NCBI GenBank assembly: GCA_977862235.1
Contig: OZ374561.1
Span: 1,550,001 to 1,614,000 of the forward strand
Source: Dudresnaya verticillata
Taxonomy: Eukaryota
DNA: 64,000 bases
Reading direction: 5' to 3'
The stretch's first letter is position 1, and each line of letters starts with the position of its first letter. This document shows, piece by piece, positions 22,232 through 33,075 of this stretch. The notes beneath the pieces were generated by a model that saw only the letters and a list, made by a program, of their open reading frames with translations, searched no databases and was not told the origin of the DNA. Position numbers and translations under genes: made by a program.

Positions 22232-25200
22232 GTGCAGATACCGTCGCGGAAGGACATTTTGAACGACATGGAAATGAGCCCGGCAACTACGGATTGTGCT
22301 GAGCGAGAAAATGAAGCAAAGAAAGGAGGAGGCAGCGCGCGCGACGAAGGGCGTGTTGCTCTTCTGTATGACAGGGAAATGGTCGGCACTGCTATTGTCA
22401 AGAGACCGGGGACAAAAGAGGACGCAGACCAGTCTGGCAGGTATTGTGTCAGCCTGCATGGCCACAAATTGTCTCCCAGTCAGAAAAAAGGGGAGAAGCT
22501 GGTTGTGGTTTACCGAGCACAAATCATCCAACCGTATGAGAAACTTCAGTACAAATACAAGTACAAGAGAACGGACTCAGTTCCGCACACACTTGGGGAG
22601 ATGGGTGGGGGTTTTCATGCATGGGATGTGAACTACATTCAGGAGCTCGGCAATCGAGAAATCGCGCCGTTGTGCCAGAGACGGGTGTACTCTCCACGAC
22701 AGGGCATAGTTCGTCGCAGAATTTACCCAATACTGAGCAATTGCCCCCCGACGTCAACTGCAGAAAACACTGCCGCAGCGGTGGTCCCTACCGCATCGCC
22801 CCAGCAGATGACACCAGTTGACACGACCAGGCTAATATCACCCCTCCAACAACGTGCGGGGCCGCAAGCGGATGCCGCAGCGCGGTCAATTCGAACAACA
22901 CCCCCGCCTGGCAATGCTCCGAGCAGTGAGGAAATGAGTGAACCGCGAGAGCATTTGAGGGAGGCCAGCCATGATGATGCGGACGCCGTACGACACGTGT
23001 CGGAAGGTGATGACAATGCGTATGACCCTTTTCAGAAGGTGCAGGTCAGGACAAAGCGAAAGTATACTTACAGGAAGAGAAAGCAGCAGACCTTCAGTGG
23101 GAGAGGAAGTCTTCAGAAGAGACGTAGGCACCTGTTCAAAGACCTGGAACGCGCAAACACGCAGTCAATGAGATGCTGCATCGGGAACAAGTGCTTCCAA
23201 AGTGTGGAGCAAGTGTACTTAAAGGCGGAGGCGCGCAGAATTGCCGGAATGAACGTAGAAGCAAGGCGAACGTATCTTCGCAATCTGTTGGACACGAGAA
23301 AGATGAAATACTTTTTCAACCACCAGCCTGTCTGTTGCAACTTTCTGGAGCAGGCCTTTGGATTCTCCCGTGACTTACAGACCTCTGTAAAAGGCACGAG
23401 GCAGGCCCGGAAGCTGCAGCTCCCAAACAATGCGAGGCGTGATACCTCATCCCATCAGCAGGATACTATCATTTGCTTCCTTGAACGTCTTGCAGACAGC
23501 ACTGCTGAACCAATGCCCGATAACGGGGAGTTACACCTCCCCTACTTTCAGAAATCAGTTGTGTATGACATATTCAAATTGGACCACACCAGGCTGTACA
23601 GAAACAGGGAAATTCCGTGACAGAGTTACTTTTACTTTGTATGGAAACACAGTTGCTCCCGCATTAAGGTGCGAAAGACACACCGATTTGCAAAGTGCAG
23701 CGAATGCGAACTCATTCGCGAGCGACTTGCTCAGGCAGGGACCTCTGGAGCAGGCACTGAACACCTGCATGAGCGGCGCAACATTCACTTGAAATTAATA
23801 CAGGCAGAGAGACGTGAATATCAGAAAAAATGTGAGAAGGCGATACTATTGCCACAAGAGTATTGCTCCCTCATAGTGGATGGTGCTGATCAGTCCGCAT
23901 TTGGACTTCCCCATTTTGTGTTGTCGTCCAAAGCCAGCATTGGGCATGCCATGAAAGCGAAACGTATTGGGGTGCTTGAAAACAGGGCTGAGAAGCGTCT
24001 GCACTTGTACACAATGACCGGTGAGTTCGAGACCGGCGCGAACCACATTATCGAGGCGTTGCACAGAACGCTTTCGGACAAAATAGTCCAGAGGAGAGCT
24101 ACAAGGGACTTTATTTCTACAAGTAGACAACTGTTCGAGAGAGAACAAAAATACCTTTTTGTTCTCATACCTGGAGAGTCTCGTTGCATGGGGTGTGTTC
24201 CAAGAGGTCTTCGTGTCTTTCCTGCCCGTCGGGCACACTCACACAGATATAGATCAGGCCTTTTCGTGCACGGCACGCCGGCTTAAAGTTCGGGACGCAG
24301 TCACAATGACTGATTTGATGGAAGAGCTTCGGCAGTCGTACAGTCCAGAACCAGTTGTCAGTCGCATGCTTCAAATTACGAATTTCTCAGGCCTGTGTCG
24401 ACAGGAAGGATGCATTGGTAATGTTGAGGCATTCACGACCTATCGCTATTTCAGATTCCACCGTGTGGGTCCAGCTGCGACGGAAGAGGCAGAATCTGTT
24501 GCAGCTTTCGTGACAGGCTGTCAATTGAGAATGACATGCGCGGATGACTGGGTCCCGTTGCAGACAGGAGGAGAGCATAAGGGGTTCATACTATCCCCTC
24601 CTGACCTTGGAAAGACTCCAGCAACAGTGGTCAAATCGCCGCCAGATTTGAAGGAAGTCAACGACAGGTTTCGTTCTGAAGAGACACGTGTGAATGACAC
24701 GGGAAAGAAGAGGGAGCTGCAGGAATTGCGGGACCACGTGTACAGAGATAGGCTGGAAACGTTTCATTGGGATATGGGACGCATATTTGAGACAAGGGGA
24801 AAGTAGAGCGGAAGAGTGGCGCTGGAGTACGTACCGGAAGGGGATGACGGTGAGGAGGAGACTGTGACCCCCTCTTCAGACCTGCAGTACACGAAGAACT
24901 GCTTCGTTGCCGTTGTGAGGGAGAACGCCACCGCACGATGCCCATTTTGGATTGGACAGATTCTAGACGTTGTGCAGGACGCTACGGGAAAGGCTACTGA
25001 GCTGTATATAGGATGGTACGAGGCGTATGACTGTAAGGGTGCTTGGGACGGAAAGTACAAGGCATCCATATACTCAGCGACTAAGCGCTTGGGACGGAAA
25101 GTACAAGGCATCCATATACTCAGCGACTAAGCAGCCATGGACTGGTACTGTCGGCGTCGCGACCGTAATGGTCGAATTCGAAGCTCTTACGAAGAGACGT

Positions 25201-25266
25201 CTACCGCAGCTCGTCCAGAAGAGAATCAGAGAATCGCCGTTGTTAGTTAGGTATGCCGGCTCTTGA
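22232..25266 (+). pseudogene. DDD-type transposase (Sola-like / DUF7869-type), ~1000 aa when repaired
   Basis: KCSEC..H..H zinc motif; IVDGADQ; LFLQVDNCSRENKN; FLPVGHTHTDIDQAFS. Stops at 23618 and 24804; frameshifts near 24085 and 25087. C-terminal FWIGQI..LYIGWY domain. Confidence 0.82.
25041..25132 (+). repeat. Exact 46-bp tandem duplication that frameshifts the transposase C-terminus
   Basis: GCTTGGGACGGAAAGTACAAGGCATCCATATACTCAGCGACTAAGC twice. Confidence 0.95.
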
Positions 25267-25326
25267 TACGAGAAACAGCTACAACCAGTAAATTATACTC
25301 TCAAATTGATGCAGCACACGATAAAT

Positions 25327-26035
25327 GCAAGGCCATTCGACGCCTGTAGCGCCCGTCTACGCCACAAGCTAATTCTGAACCGCGGGTGCGCAAACGGCTT
25401 AGCTACCTGGTAGTGTACCAGGTCGGACGGGTAGTGGGCCCAGTTATGAGGACGGGTCAGAATGCGGGTGTCCGTGCCGCACGGGAGCGGGGTAGGGGTG
25501 AGGGAGGCGTGTCGGGGGACTGCTGGGCGGGTCTGAACATGCGTCAGAATGCGGGCACTTGACGAGGACGTGTCAGAATGCGGCCGGGGGCGGTGCCCAG
25601 GACTGCGGGGAAGGGTGAGGGAGGCGTGTCGGGGGACTGCTGGGAAGGGCTGACCATGCGCCCGAATGCGCCAACTTGATGTGGAGGTGTCAGAATGCGG
25701 CCGGGCGCGGTGCGCAGGAGCGCGGGGAAGGGTGACGGCGAGGTGTCGGTGAACGGCAGGGAGCGTAAGACAGAGTGCGGTCACAGGCAGGACTGGGGCG
25801 GGGAGCGGCACTACGGGTCTGGGAGGGGGTGGGGAAGCGCGCCTCATTACGCACAAGGCAGAAGAAGAGCGCGTGTGCACGCGCCAGAATGCGGAATGCG
25901 TGGGCCAGTAGCAGCACCAGGAAGGGTGATGGTGGGAGTGGCTGTCGGACGGGGGGAGGTGTCCGAGCGCGCGTCGGAATGCGGTGGGAAGCCAAGTCCG
26001 AGCGCGTCGGAATGCGGCGGGAAGTCGCCAGAATG
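25327..26035 (-). repeat. Right TIR, inner part (with an extra internal sub-repeat)
   Basis: Reverse complement of 12951..13552. Confidence 0.92.
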
Positions 26036-26675
26036 TATTTTCCGTGGGCCTTTGCAACTTTTTTTGCAACTCCCCCTGCGCACCACTGGGGCCAATGTCA
26101 CGCTGATTGCAACTCCGTCAGAAAGACTCGAATGACTGGCTCAATTGTCACGCAACCACAGGGCGGAAGGCGTGCCGTGTCGCACAGCTGTGCTACTGTA
26201 CTATACTGTACAGTAGTACTGTGTACTCTCGCGCCGTCCCGGACTGCCATAAATTCGGCTTCTGGCCCGTATATAACCCGTGCTAACATTTCAGACAATT
26301 GAAACAATTGAAAACAATCATACTAATAATGGCGAGCTGATCTGTGCTAGCACGCTTCTTTACAATCACTGCTGTAATAAATGAGTCCATCTCTCTAATG
26401 ACATATTCATATTGTACTGGAAGACTGTTTCGATGGCGCTGTAGAGCTGTGCCTCGCAACCACAGTCATTACTTCGCGCGAAGTCACAGTGGGTGTGACC
26501 GCAACTCAGTTGGACGTCATTCAGATTAAACAAGCAAGGTCTGAGTGCCGGCGACAATTTGCTCTGAGAAATACCCTCGTCCGCCTGCTTCTTCAGCTCT
26601 CTTCCACACTCGTACATTGCTGGATGCGCGCTCGGCGCGACTAGACGCTCATAAGATGCAGACACACAGACGTTA

Positions 26676-27830
26676 GTGTCACAGTCAGAGTCGCCAATCC
26701 ATCTAACATTGTTGCACCAGCAAGGTCAACCTTGCTTGAGGGCAAAGGCATTGTCAAGACCTCCTCGCGCCCCGTTCCTCCCCTCTTTTGCGCCAACAAT
26801 GCTGGCTATCTCTGATGCATCTCAACTGTCCACAGAGCCTCCGAATGAATCGTTTTCGAGAGGTGGGGCATCACCACGCCTAAGTCAATTCTTTTCCTCT
26901 TTTGAAACGGCCCAAACTTTCTCTCAGCTCTGCACGAACAATGGGCGTGGTCAGCGTGCAATCATTGAAACCGCTGCACTGCTCAATCAAGTTTGGGGCT
27001 CCCGTGACCCGAATAACCCGGAACTGTGCTTCGATAATCATGATGGAAGACAGGGGACAGCCATTTACAGACCCCCTCGACGGATGGCTGGGGGTGTCGT
27101 TTTCCCGTGCTCTCTCGTTACCTCTGAAGGACTACCACCGCAGACAGTCACTATTGTAAACCACAATGTTACAATCAGCGCCTCTGCTCGGGTGATAACT
27201 GAAGCTGCTTTAGCAAGTACAAGAAAGTATATGGAAGAAACTCCGAAGGCAGGAAGCCATGAGTCTGGAAGAAACCATAAGAAGCGGCAGCTGACATTCA
27301 AGTCAAACAGAGGGACCAACGTTTCAATGCAGAAGAACCGCAACAAGAAAGGAAGATTTGAAAGGAAGCAACTGGTACTTCAAAATCAGTCTCGTGGGGT
27401 CGCGCCATCCATTCCGCTTCACACACGTGATCTTCGTACATTGCTGAGGCAATGGGTTGTTGGGGATCCCGAAAGGGGTCTACCTATACCGCTTGCAGAT
27501 TTTTCGTTGGCTCAAAGAAACGGGAAGGATGCATCCGGAAAAATTGTTAAGCCCCTGTATAGTAGGAGACGGGTTGTTGCGCTTGCGACACTCTTAGCGC
27601 TACAAGATGCCAAAGAGAATGGGAAGCCATTTGCCCAATCCATTGGCGTCAATCTAATCGAGCTTAAAAGGCCGAACTTGGAGCAAATTAGAATGTCGCA
27701 GTGGGAGGTTTTATGCAAGAAGTATTTACAGAGAGCGTCCAGGAAGCTCTCCGACGCTGAGATTATTTCTTTAGGGAAGAAAATGTACTGTAGTGATGTT
27801 TTAGATTTGCTGCCGGATTGCGGCAGTTAG
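26676..27830 (+). CDS. 384-aa ORF with a possible GCR1_C-like DNA-binding domain
   Basis: RDLRTLLRQWVVGDPERGLPIPLADF...LYSRRRVV resembles the W..G....P..L...YSRR pattern of GCR1_C. Confidence 0.5.
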   Translation: MSQSESPIHLTLLHQQGQPCLRAKALSRPPRAPFLPSFAPTMLAISDASQLSTEPPNESFSRGGASPRLSQFFSSFETAQTFSQLCTNNGRGQRAIIETAALLNQVWGSRDPNNPELCFDNHDGRQGTAIYRPPRRMAGGVVFPCSLVTSEGLPPQTVTIVNHNVTISASARVITEAALASTRKYMEETPKAGSHESGRNHKKRQLTFKSNRGTNVSMQKNRNKKGRFERKQLVLQNQSRGVAPSIPLHTRDLRTLLRQWVVGDPERGLPIPLADFSLAQRNGKDASGKIVKPLYSRRRVVALATLLALQDAKENGKPFAQSIGVNLIELKRPNLEQIRMSQWEVLCKKYLQRASRKLSDAEIISLGKKMYCSDVLDLLPDCGS

Positions 27831-30147
27831 ATAAATGCAGGCCTGCGATAATCTAACTGTCCGGGGGTAAGCAGTTGCAGCCCAGCATAGTAGCCAATAC
27901 AACCTTGTCAATTGTGTCAAGGGAACTATTTAGGTTTCTCTACAAACTTGAAGACTGGACAACAAGACAATGTGTTGGGAGCGGAATATTCACCAATGTC
28001 CTTGCTGTGGGGAAGACCAAATAGACTCGGCTTGTATCGTTGAGGTAGCTTTGAATTTTAGGCTACGATCAGTCGATGAAGCCTAATCACGGTTGGGAAT
28101 TTCACTACTGAGAACCGCAGTACTGTGAGAAGGAAAGGTATAGCACAAATGCAGCATACAACAAATATTATGGCATTCGATGCATTTCTCGTTAGGGCTC
28201 GACAAACGTTTACACGGATGAAAACGGGGCTGCCTTCATTGCCTCACAAAATACACATTGAAGTTATACTCGATCCAGATCACCCACAGCAGCAGGGTAC
28301 ATGCTGATCTCATCTTTTGTGCTTTTTATCCGAATGTTTAGACTATGTTTTAGTTGCGGTCTACGGTCTCTACAGTCTATTAGGCACAGACCTGCCTTCT
28401 GCATGTCATGGTTTAGCGCGAGTGTGAAATAGTAGAAGTACTGTACCGGACATCAGGTTTGATACTAGGAAACTACGCGTTGAGAACAACTATCAACCAT
28501 ACCCGTGAAGAAGAAAAACTATTCACAACGTACACATATGTATGATCTGTGCCTTTGAACAGAACTGTAACAGCGGCCGCTACGTATATCAATATCAAGG
28601 ATAGGTCTTAAACGAGAAACTAATATTGTTCTCCAATTGCTATAACGCAGTACGAATCATTCTGTCCCCGTGTTTCAATAATCACTTCGATGACATTAAT
28701 ACTACACAAAGCATTGTCGGGGGATGGATTACATCGGCCTAATGTGGACTACTCACTATTGGAGAGACATGAACAACTTTCGCGGGCAGTTGTTTAATGT
28801 CCCACAGATTCCCTGCCATAGAATTGGTCGTCGTCGAAGAAAGGCAATGATGTATGCGCTTTCAGGCCCGATTGTTGAGAACACCGATAGAATTGGGTAT
28901 TGACGGAATCATCGACATGGGGATCATCAACATGGGGACATTTACTTCAACGTCTCGTGCTGCTAAACTACTTTCGATGCCTCCCACAATAACTGTGAAC
29001 CCACGTGGGTATTGTACAACAAATCACACTTGCTTCGCAGCCACAGCGACCAAAACCGACAAGATACAATAATAAAGCTTCACACTATGTTGTCCGCATA
29101 CTTACCGACATTGACAGACACGGGCGGTACAAAATTTAGACCTTCACTCTCAACCACCTCACAAACAGTACTTTCGTAGGCTGCAAAGGAAATATTTCTG
29201 TACACTTCTAGTACTGGATGGCATCCTTGGTACGCCTTTCCAATCCCACAGAGGTGTCTTCCAAAGTCTTCGTAGTCTCCACAGGGGCCGCAGTAAGTGC
29301 TATCACTGACCCCTTGGACGTCCCTGTACGAGTAACAGGAACAGCGTTTCTGTATGGAAACCGTGTAGCACTGGAAGGGCCATGTAGATATGGACGTAGT
29401 GAGGAGCGGACGCAGCACGAAATAAAATGACCAGAACTACACTGTGACATCTCGACGGAGTATAAACCGTCTCCGCGGCATGTAGACCTACGTTGACAAA
29501 CCCCTTGTGCACGGCCGAGATAAGGCCCTCGTTCGACAGAGCAAAACCGGTACCTGAAGTAGGGGCAGCATTGAACGCCTCACTGATACCCATGGGTATC
29601 CGTGAGGCGTTGAATTGTGCACAATACGTCCCGTTCAGGGGCCGACGGCGTTGGATACGGCAGATATAACTGGCACACAGATCCCACGGAGACAGCACCT
29701 GACAGCAGAGCACATATACGGGAGCACGAGTGCCACAAATAAGGACAAGTCGAGTAAACATATTGAACTGTTGAGTCGGTAGGCAGCGGAGAGTTGATGA
29801 AGGGGAAGGGTTCATGGGAAGCTCTCTTGACTATGTTTGTACCTGTAATCACAGGTAGATGTGATGCGATGGAGTCGTGGTGCATGGGAATATTTTAGAC
29901 TGCGGTCGAGACGTTAAGGGCTTTAAGTACGGAACGGAAGGAACTATTGATTCGGTGTGAGATAACTGCAGCTTTTCATGGCTGGAATAATAAACTTGAA
30001 GGATGGCAAAGCTAAGAGCGTCGGCATGCAGGATGGAGCAGGACGCATTCTATGCAGAACGCTTTGTCTAATACCATTTTGGCATTGCATGAAACGAGAG
30101 AGAGATGCACTTTAGTTAGCGAGATCTTACTAGCCCCATAAGGGGGC

Positions 30148-31107
30148 TTAGCAAATGTCAGGGTCTAGACAACAGTCAACGAGCTTACGCCGATTAACAG
30201 CCACAGCTGCGCAGTGGAGAACTAAAGAAGTGAGACGAGTGAGGAGGGATAATTTCTCAGCAGTAGGAGATGTCCCCTTCTTCATGGCAAAGAAGGTGGC
30301 CACATGCTGTGCGCCACAATCGAAACCTGAACCCATAGCACCGTAGATGTCCATCATCATAGGATGGAGGTCAATGTTGTTGGTTGCGCACAAGCGGCGA
30401 AAAAGCTGTTTTTCTCCTCTTCGTGGAGATGGATTGCATGGTTCTGAGCAGGATGACCAGAAAGTGTATGAGATGAAACAACTGAGACGTCGAATGCCTG
30501 AGGCTTGGGGGAAAACCCAGGATCATCAACATACACGTCCATACGAAGTTGGTCGCGGCGGTCCTCACCGCTCGACTTGAGAAGTGTTGCAACTGTTGCA
30601 ACTGCGCGTGCACGTGTCTGCGGGCAAAGTACGGCTTTGTTCGGCAGAATAAGAGGTCCGAAACTGTTCAGTCCTACTACTGTAGTGTAGAAAATGTAGC
30701 AAAGCGATTCGAGTTCCATGGCATGCACAATCTATGTATAGAGCTAGAAGCATAGCTATACTACAGACTCTAGGTATTGTCAACGTAGATGTATATCGTT
30801 TGGCTCTGGGATGAGTCTGTGGATAACAGGTAGCTAAAATAAAATATAGGTTCTGGTTTGAACAACTGCAGTAAGGAAGTGGACTCGAAGCTTCGCAACA
30901 GGGCACACAACCACATTCAATTTGTAGACAATGTGACATGCAGTTATGGAAACAGCCATCATAGTGCGAATGGAGGGTCTGAAGTATCTGAACACTACCT
31001 CTCTTGATCGCAGTGCTCAGCCGTTCATGTAGTGCGACCGTGAAGCGCTTCCGTTTGCTCAGTGGCGTTTGAATTAGCACATTTGCATAGCGGTGTCCTG
31101 ATTGCAT
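30148..31107 (-). pseudogene. Degenerate Cys/His + restriction-like endonuclease region of CRE/R2-type non-LTR retroelement style, with no RT detected
   Basis: FTVALHERL..C..H.C; LRMD..AFDVSV..EEEK..C...LHPMMMDIYGAMG..LTSLVLH, spread over several frames. Confidence 0.55.
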
Positions 31108-31703
31108 TCAAGTATTGCATGCACCAGCTGTTAACGACTCAGGTTCGCAAGCACGCTCTTGCTTCCTCCAGGGGCCTTAGATGCTCTTTCGGTGGCACGG
31201 TTTGGATGAGGGGAAGGAACAGACCTGGCTTTTCCGAGCGGGTCGGGTAATCGGACTCAAATCGGTGTGCGCCATATATGGGATTGATACAGTAGATGTT
31301 CCCTTATTTAATTTAGACGCAGTACGGTACTCAGCGTATGTGACGGTCGTGACAGTAGTCACACCGCGCCGTGGAGGGACTGCCAAGATATTGTCTGACA
31401 CAGCTTTCTGGCGTGTAGGGCGCTTTCCGCATCGCAACTATTTCAATGATCTGGGAACTATGGGGAATTGCAACAGTGGGCAGTTTTAAGCGGAAATATT
31501 TGTTGCTATGCAGTTCCCTTCAGTTCTCCGGCAGTTGCGGGACGGTAAATTGACCGCGGAGAAGTTCGTCCCTCCGCGATGTGACTGGCCGCGTAAAGCA
31601 CGCCATCGTCACGTCACCCAATGGTGAGCGTTACGCTACCACGGCGCGTGACGTCACCCAATGTTATGACAACACTTGGCGAGTCCTGAGTTGCAATTCC
31701 CGT

Positions 31704-32006
31704 AGAATGCGGTGTGCGGTCGGGGGGCGGGGGCGCGGGCGGCGGGACGGGGCAGAATCAATTTCTGGAGAATTTTTAATTGGGACTTTTCGGAAAAATC
31801 ACAACTTTCGGGAACTTTCGACCCCGGGGGAGGCCCATATGCCGGAGCGCATAACTCCGAAACTATTTGCGTTTGCTCCGATCTGTTTGCACCACTATTC
31901 TCAGGGTAGCGCCCCCTTTCCAACGCGCTATCGAACGCCGGGATTCAAGGGCCCTCAAAAAATTCTGTTCTGTTTTGGAAATTCTGTAGCCGCCGAAATT
32001 AGTGTT
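31704..32006 (-). repeat. Right TIR, outer part
   Basis: Reverse complement of 12654..12956. Confidence 0.93.
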
Positions 32007-32010
32007 GGAT

Positions 32011-32723
32011 CGGGATCCGAATCCGGATCGCCCGCACCTCTGCACGCACGCGCCTGCAAGTTACCCATTGCCCGCGCGCACGTGGCTACATGACTACACG
32101 GACTTGTCAGACGCAGCGTGGCTTGACACGCGTCCTGTGCCACGCCGCCGCCGCTTGCATCGTAGTAGTATTATATTAGGTAATCCGTCTGAGACGTAGG
32201 AGTAAATCCCGACAAGCCGGTCTTGGTACCTAAAGGCCCCTTTCCGCTAGTGCGTATTTCCCACCGCTGCTGTTAGGCAAAGCGTCAGTATCAACAGTGC
32301 TTCCCCGTTTTCCCGGCAAGTCGTTCCGGATAGCTCAGTGCCCCTCCACCGCTAGTGCGTACCCCCGCACCGCTGCCGTGAGGCTCAAGCGCTAGTATCT
32401 ACCGTGCTTCGCCGTTACCCCGTTCAAGTCGGCTTCGGACTCGAAGGCCCCTTTCCCGCTAGTGCGTACATCTACCGTACGACAGCGCTAAGTCACAAGC
32501 GTCGATCCTACCGTACTTCAACGTATCTACCGTCTTCGTGACGTGTTCTTCTTTTGTTTCGTCGTGTTTTCCTTGCTGTTTCAGCTACCGCCTTGGGCGT
32601 TTACAGTCCGCCCTACGGCGTTGTCCCATCGCTCTACCACCCTCACTCGCCTCCAGGCGCTGCTACCCTCCGGGCCCCGAACTGCCCGGGAGTGCATTAC
32701 GTCCCAGACGTTTTGGCACTTCA
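32011..32723 (+). repeat. Family-1 solo LTR, 3' part
   Basis: Collinear with the E1 LTR; ends GCACTTCA, followed by TSD GTCGG (32724-32728) and no PBS. Confidence 0.88.
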
Positions 32724-33075
32724 GTCGGGTTTCCCGTCTCGACGAGTAACGCCTATCGATTTGTGCGCGAAAGCCTCGACTGGCTGGATATTTCAGCACC
32801 GTGCCGGCCTTGTCGCGGCCAAGCCCCTCCTTTGTCTCGGCTCACCACAGCGAGGTGCCCAACTCTGTCCTTTGCGCCTAATGTGGCTTTCTCGCCGGAA
32901 ACCGTACCGTCTTTCGGCGCTTGGTGCCTTCTTGTGGAAGCGCGTCAGAACTTCAGCCGCGCCGCTACGCTTGGTCCGTGGTTAGTCTTCTCGACCGTCT
33001 AGGACCCTCGCCGAAATCGTTGCGGCTCAAGATCTCAAGGTGCCTCGACGTGGCTCAGTGTCGTAAGAGCTCATC

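Larger units (their letters stand above)
26036..31703. mobile_element. 5.67-kb TIR-less insertion splitting the right TIR, flanked by a 6-bp direct repeat AGAATG
   Basis: AGAATG at 26030-26035 and 31704-31709, but single in the left TIR; more AT-rich than its flanks; TTGCAAC motifs near both ends. Confidence 0.8.
12654..32006. mobile_element. ~19.35-kb TIR DNA transposon carrying a transposase, a ParB-MTase gene and captured host fragments
   Basis: ~0.9-kb inverted repeats; interrupts a solo LTR whose two halves rejoin; candidate 4-bp TSD CGAT/GGAT (exact ends uncertain by ~10 bp). Confidence 0.88.

Noticed and set aside
12951..26035. A separate inner transposon bounded by its own TIRs
   Set aside because: The inner and outer repeats are contiguous on the left and separated on the right only by the AGAATG-flanked insertion, so one long TIR is the simpler reading.
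28800..29900. Helicase or tyrosine recombinase remnant
   Set aside because: Only isolated suggestive peptides (e.g. ALTAAP); no ordered motif set could be reconstructed by eye.
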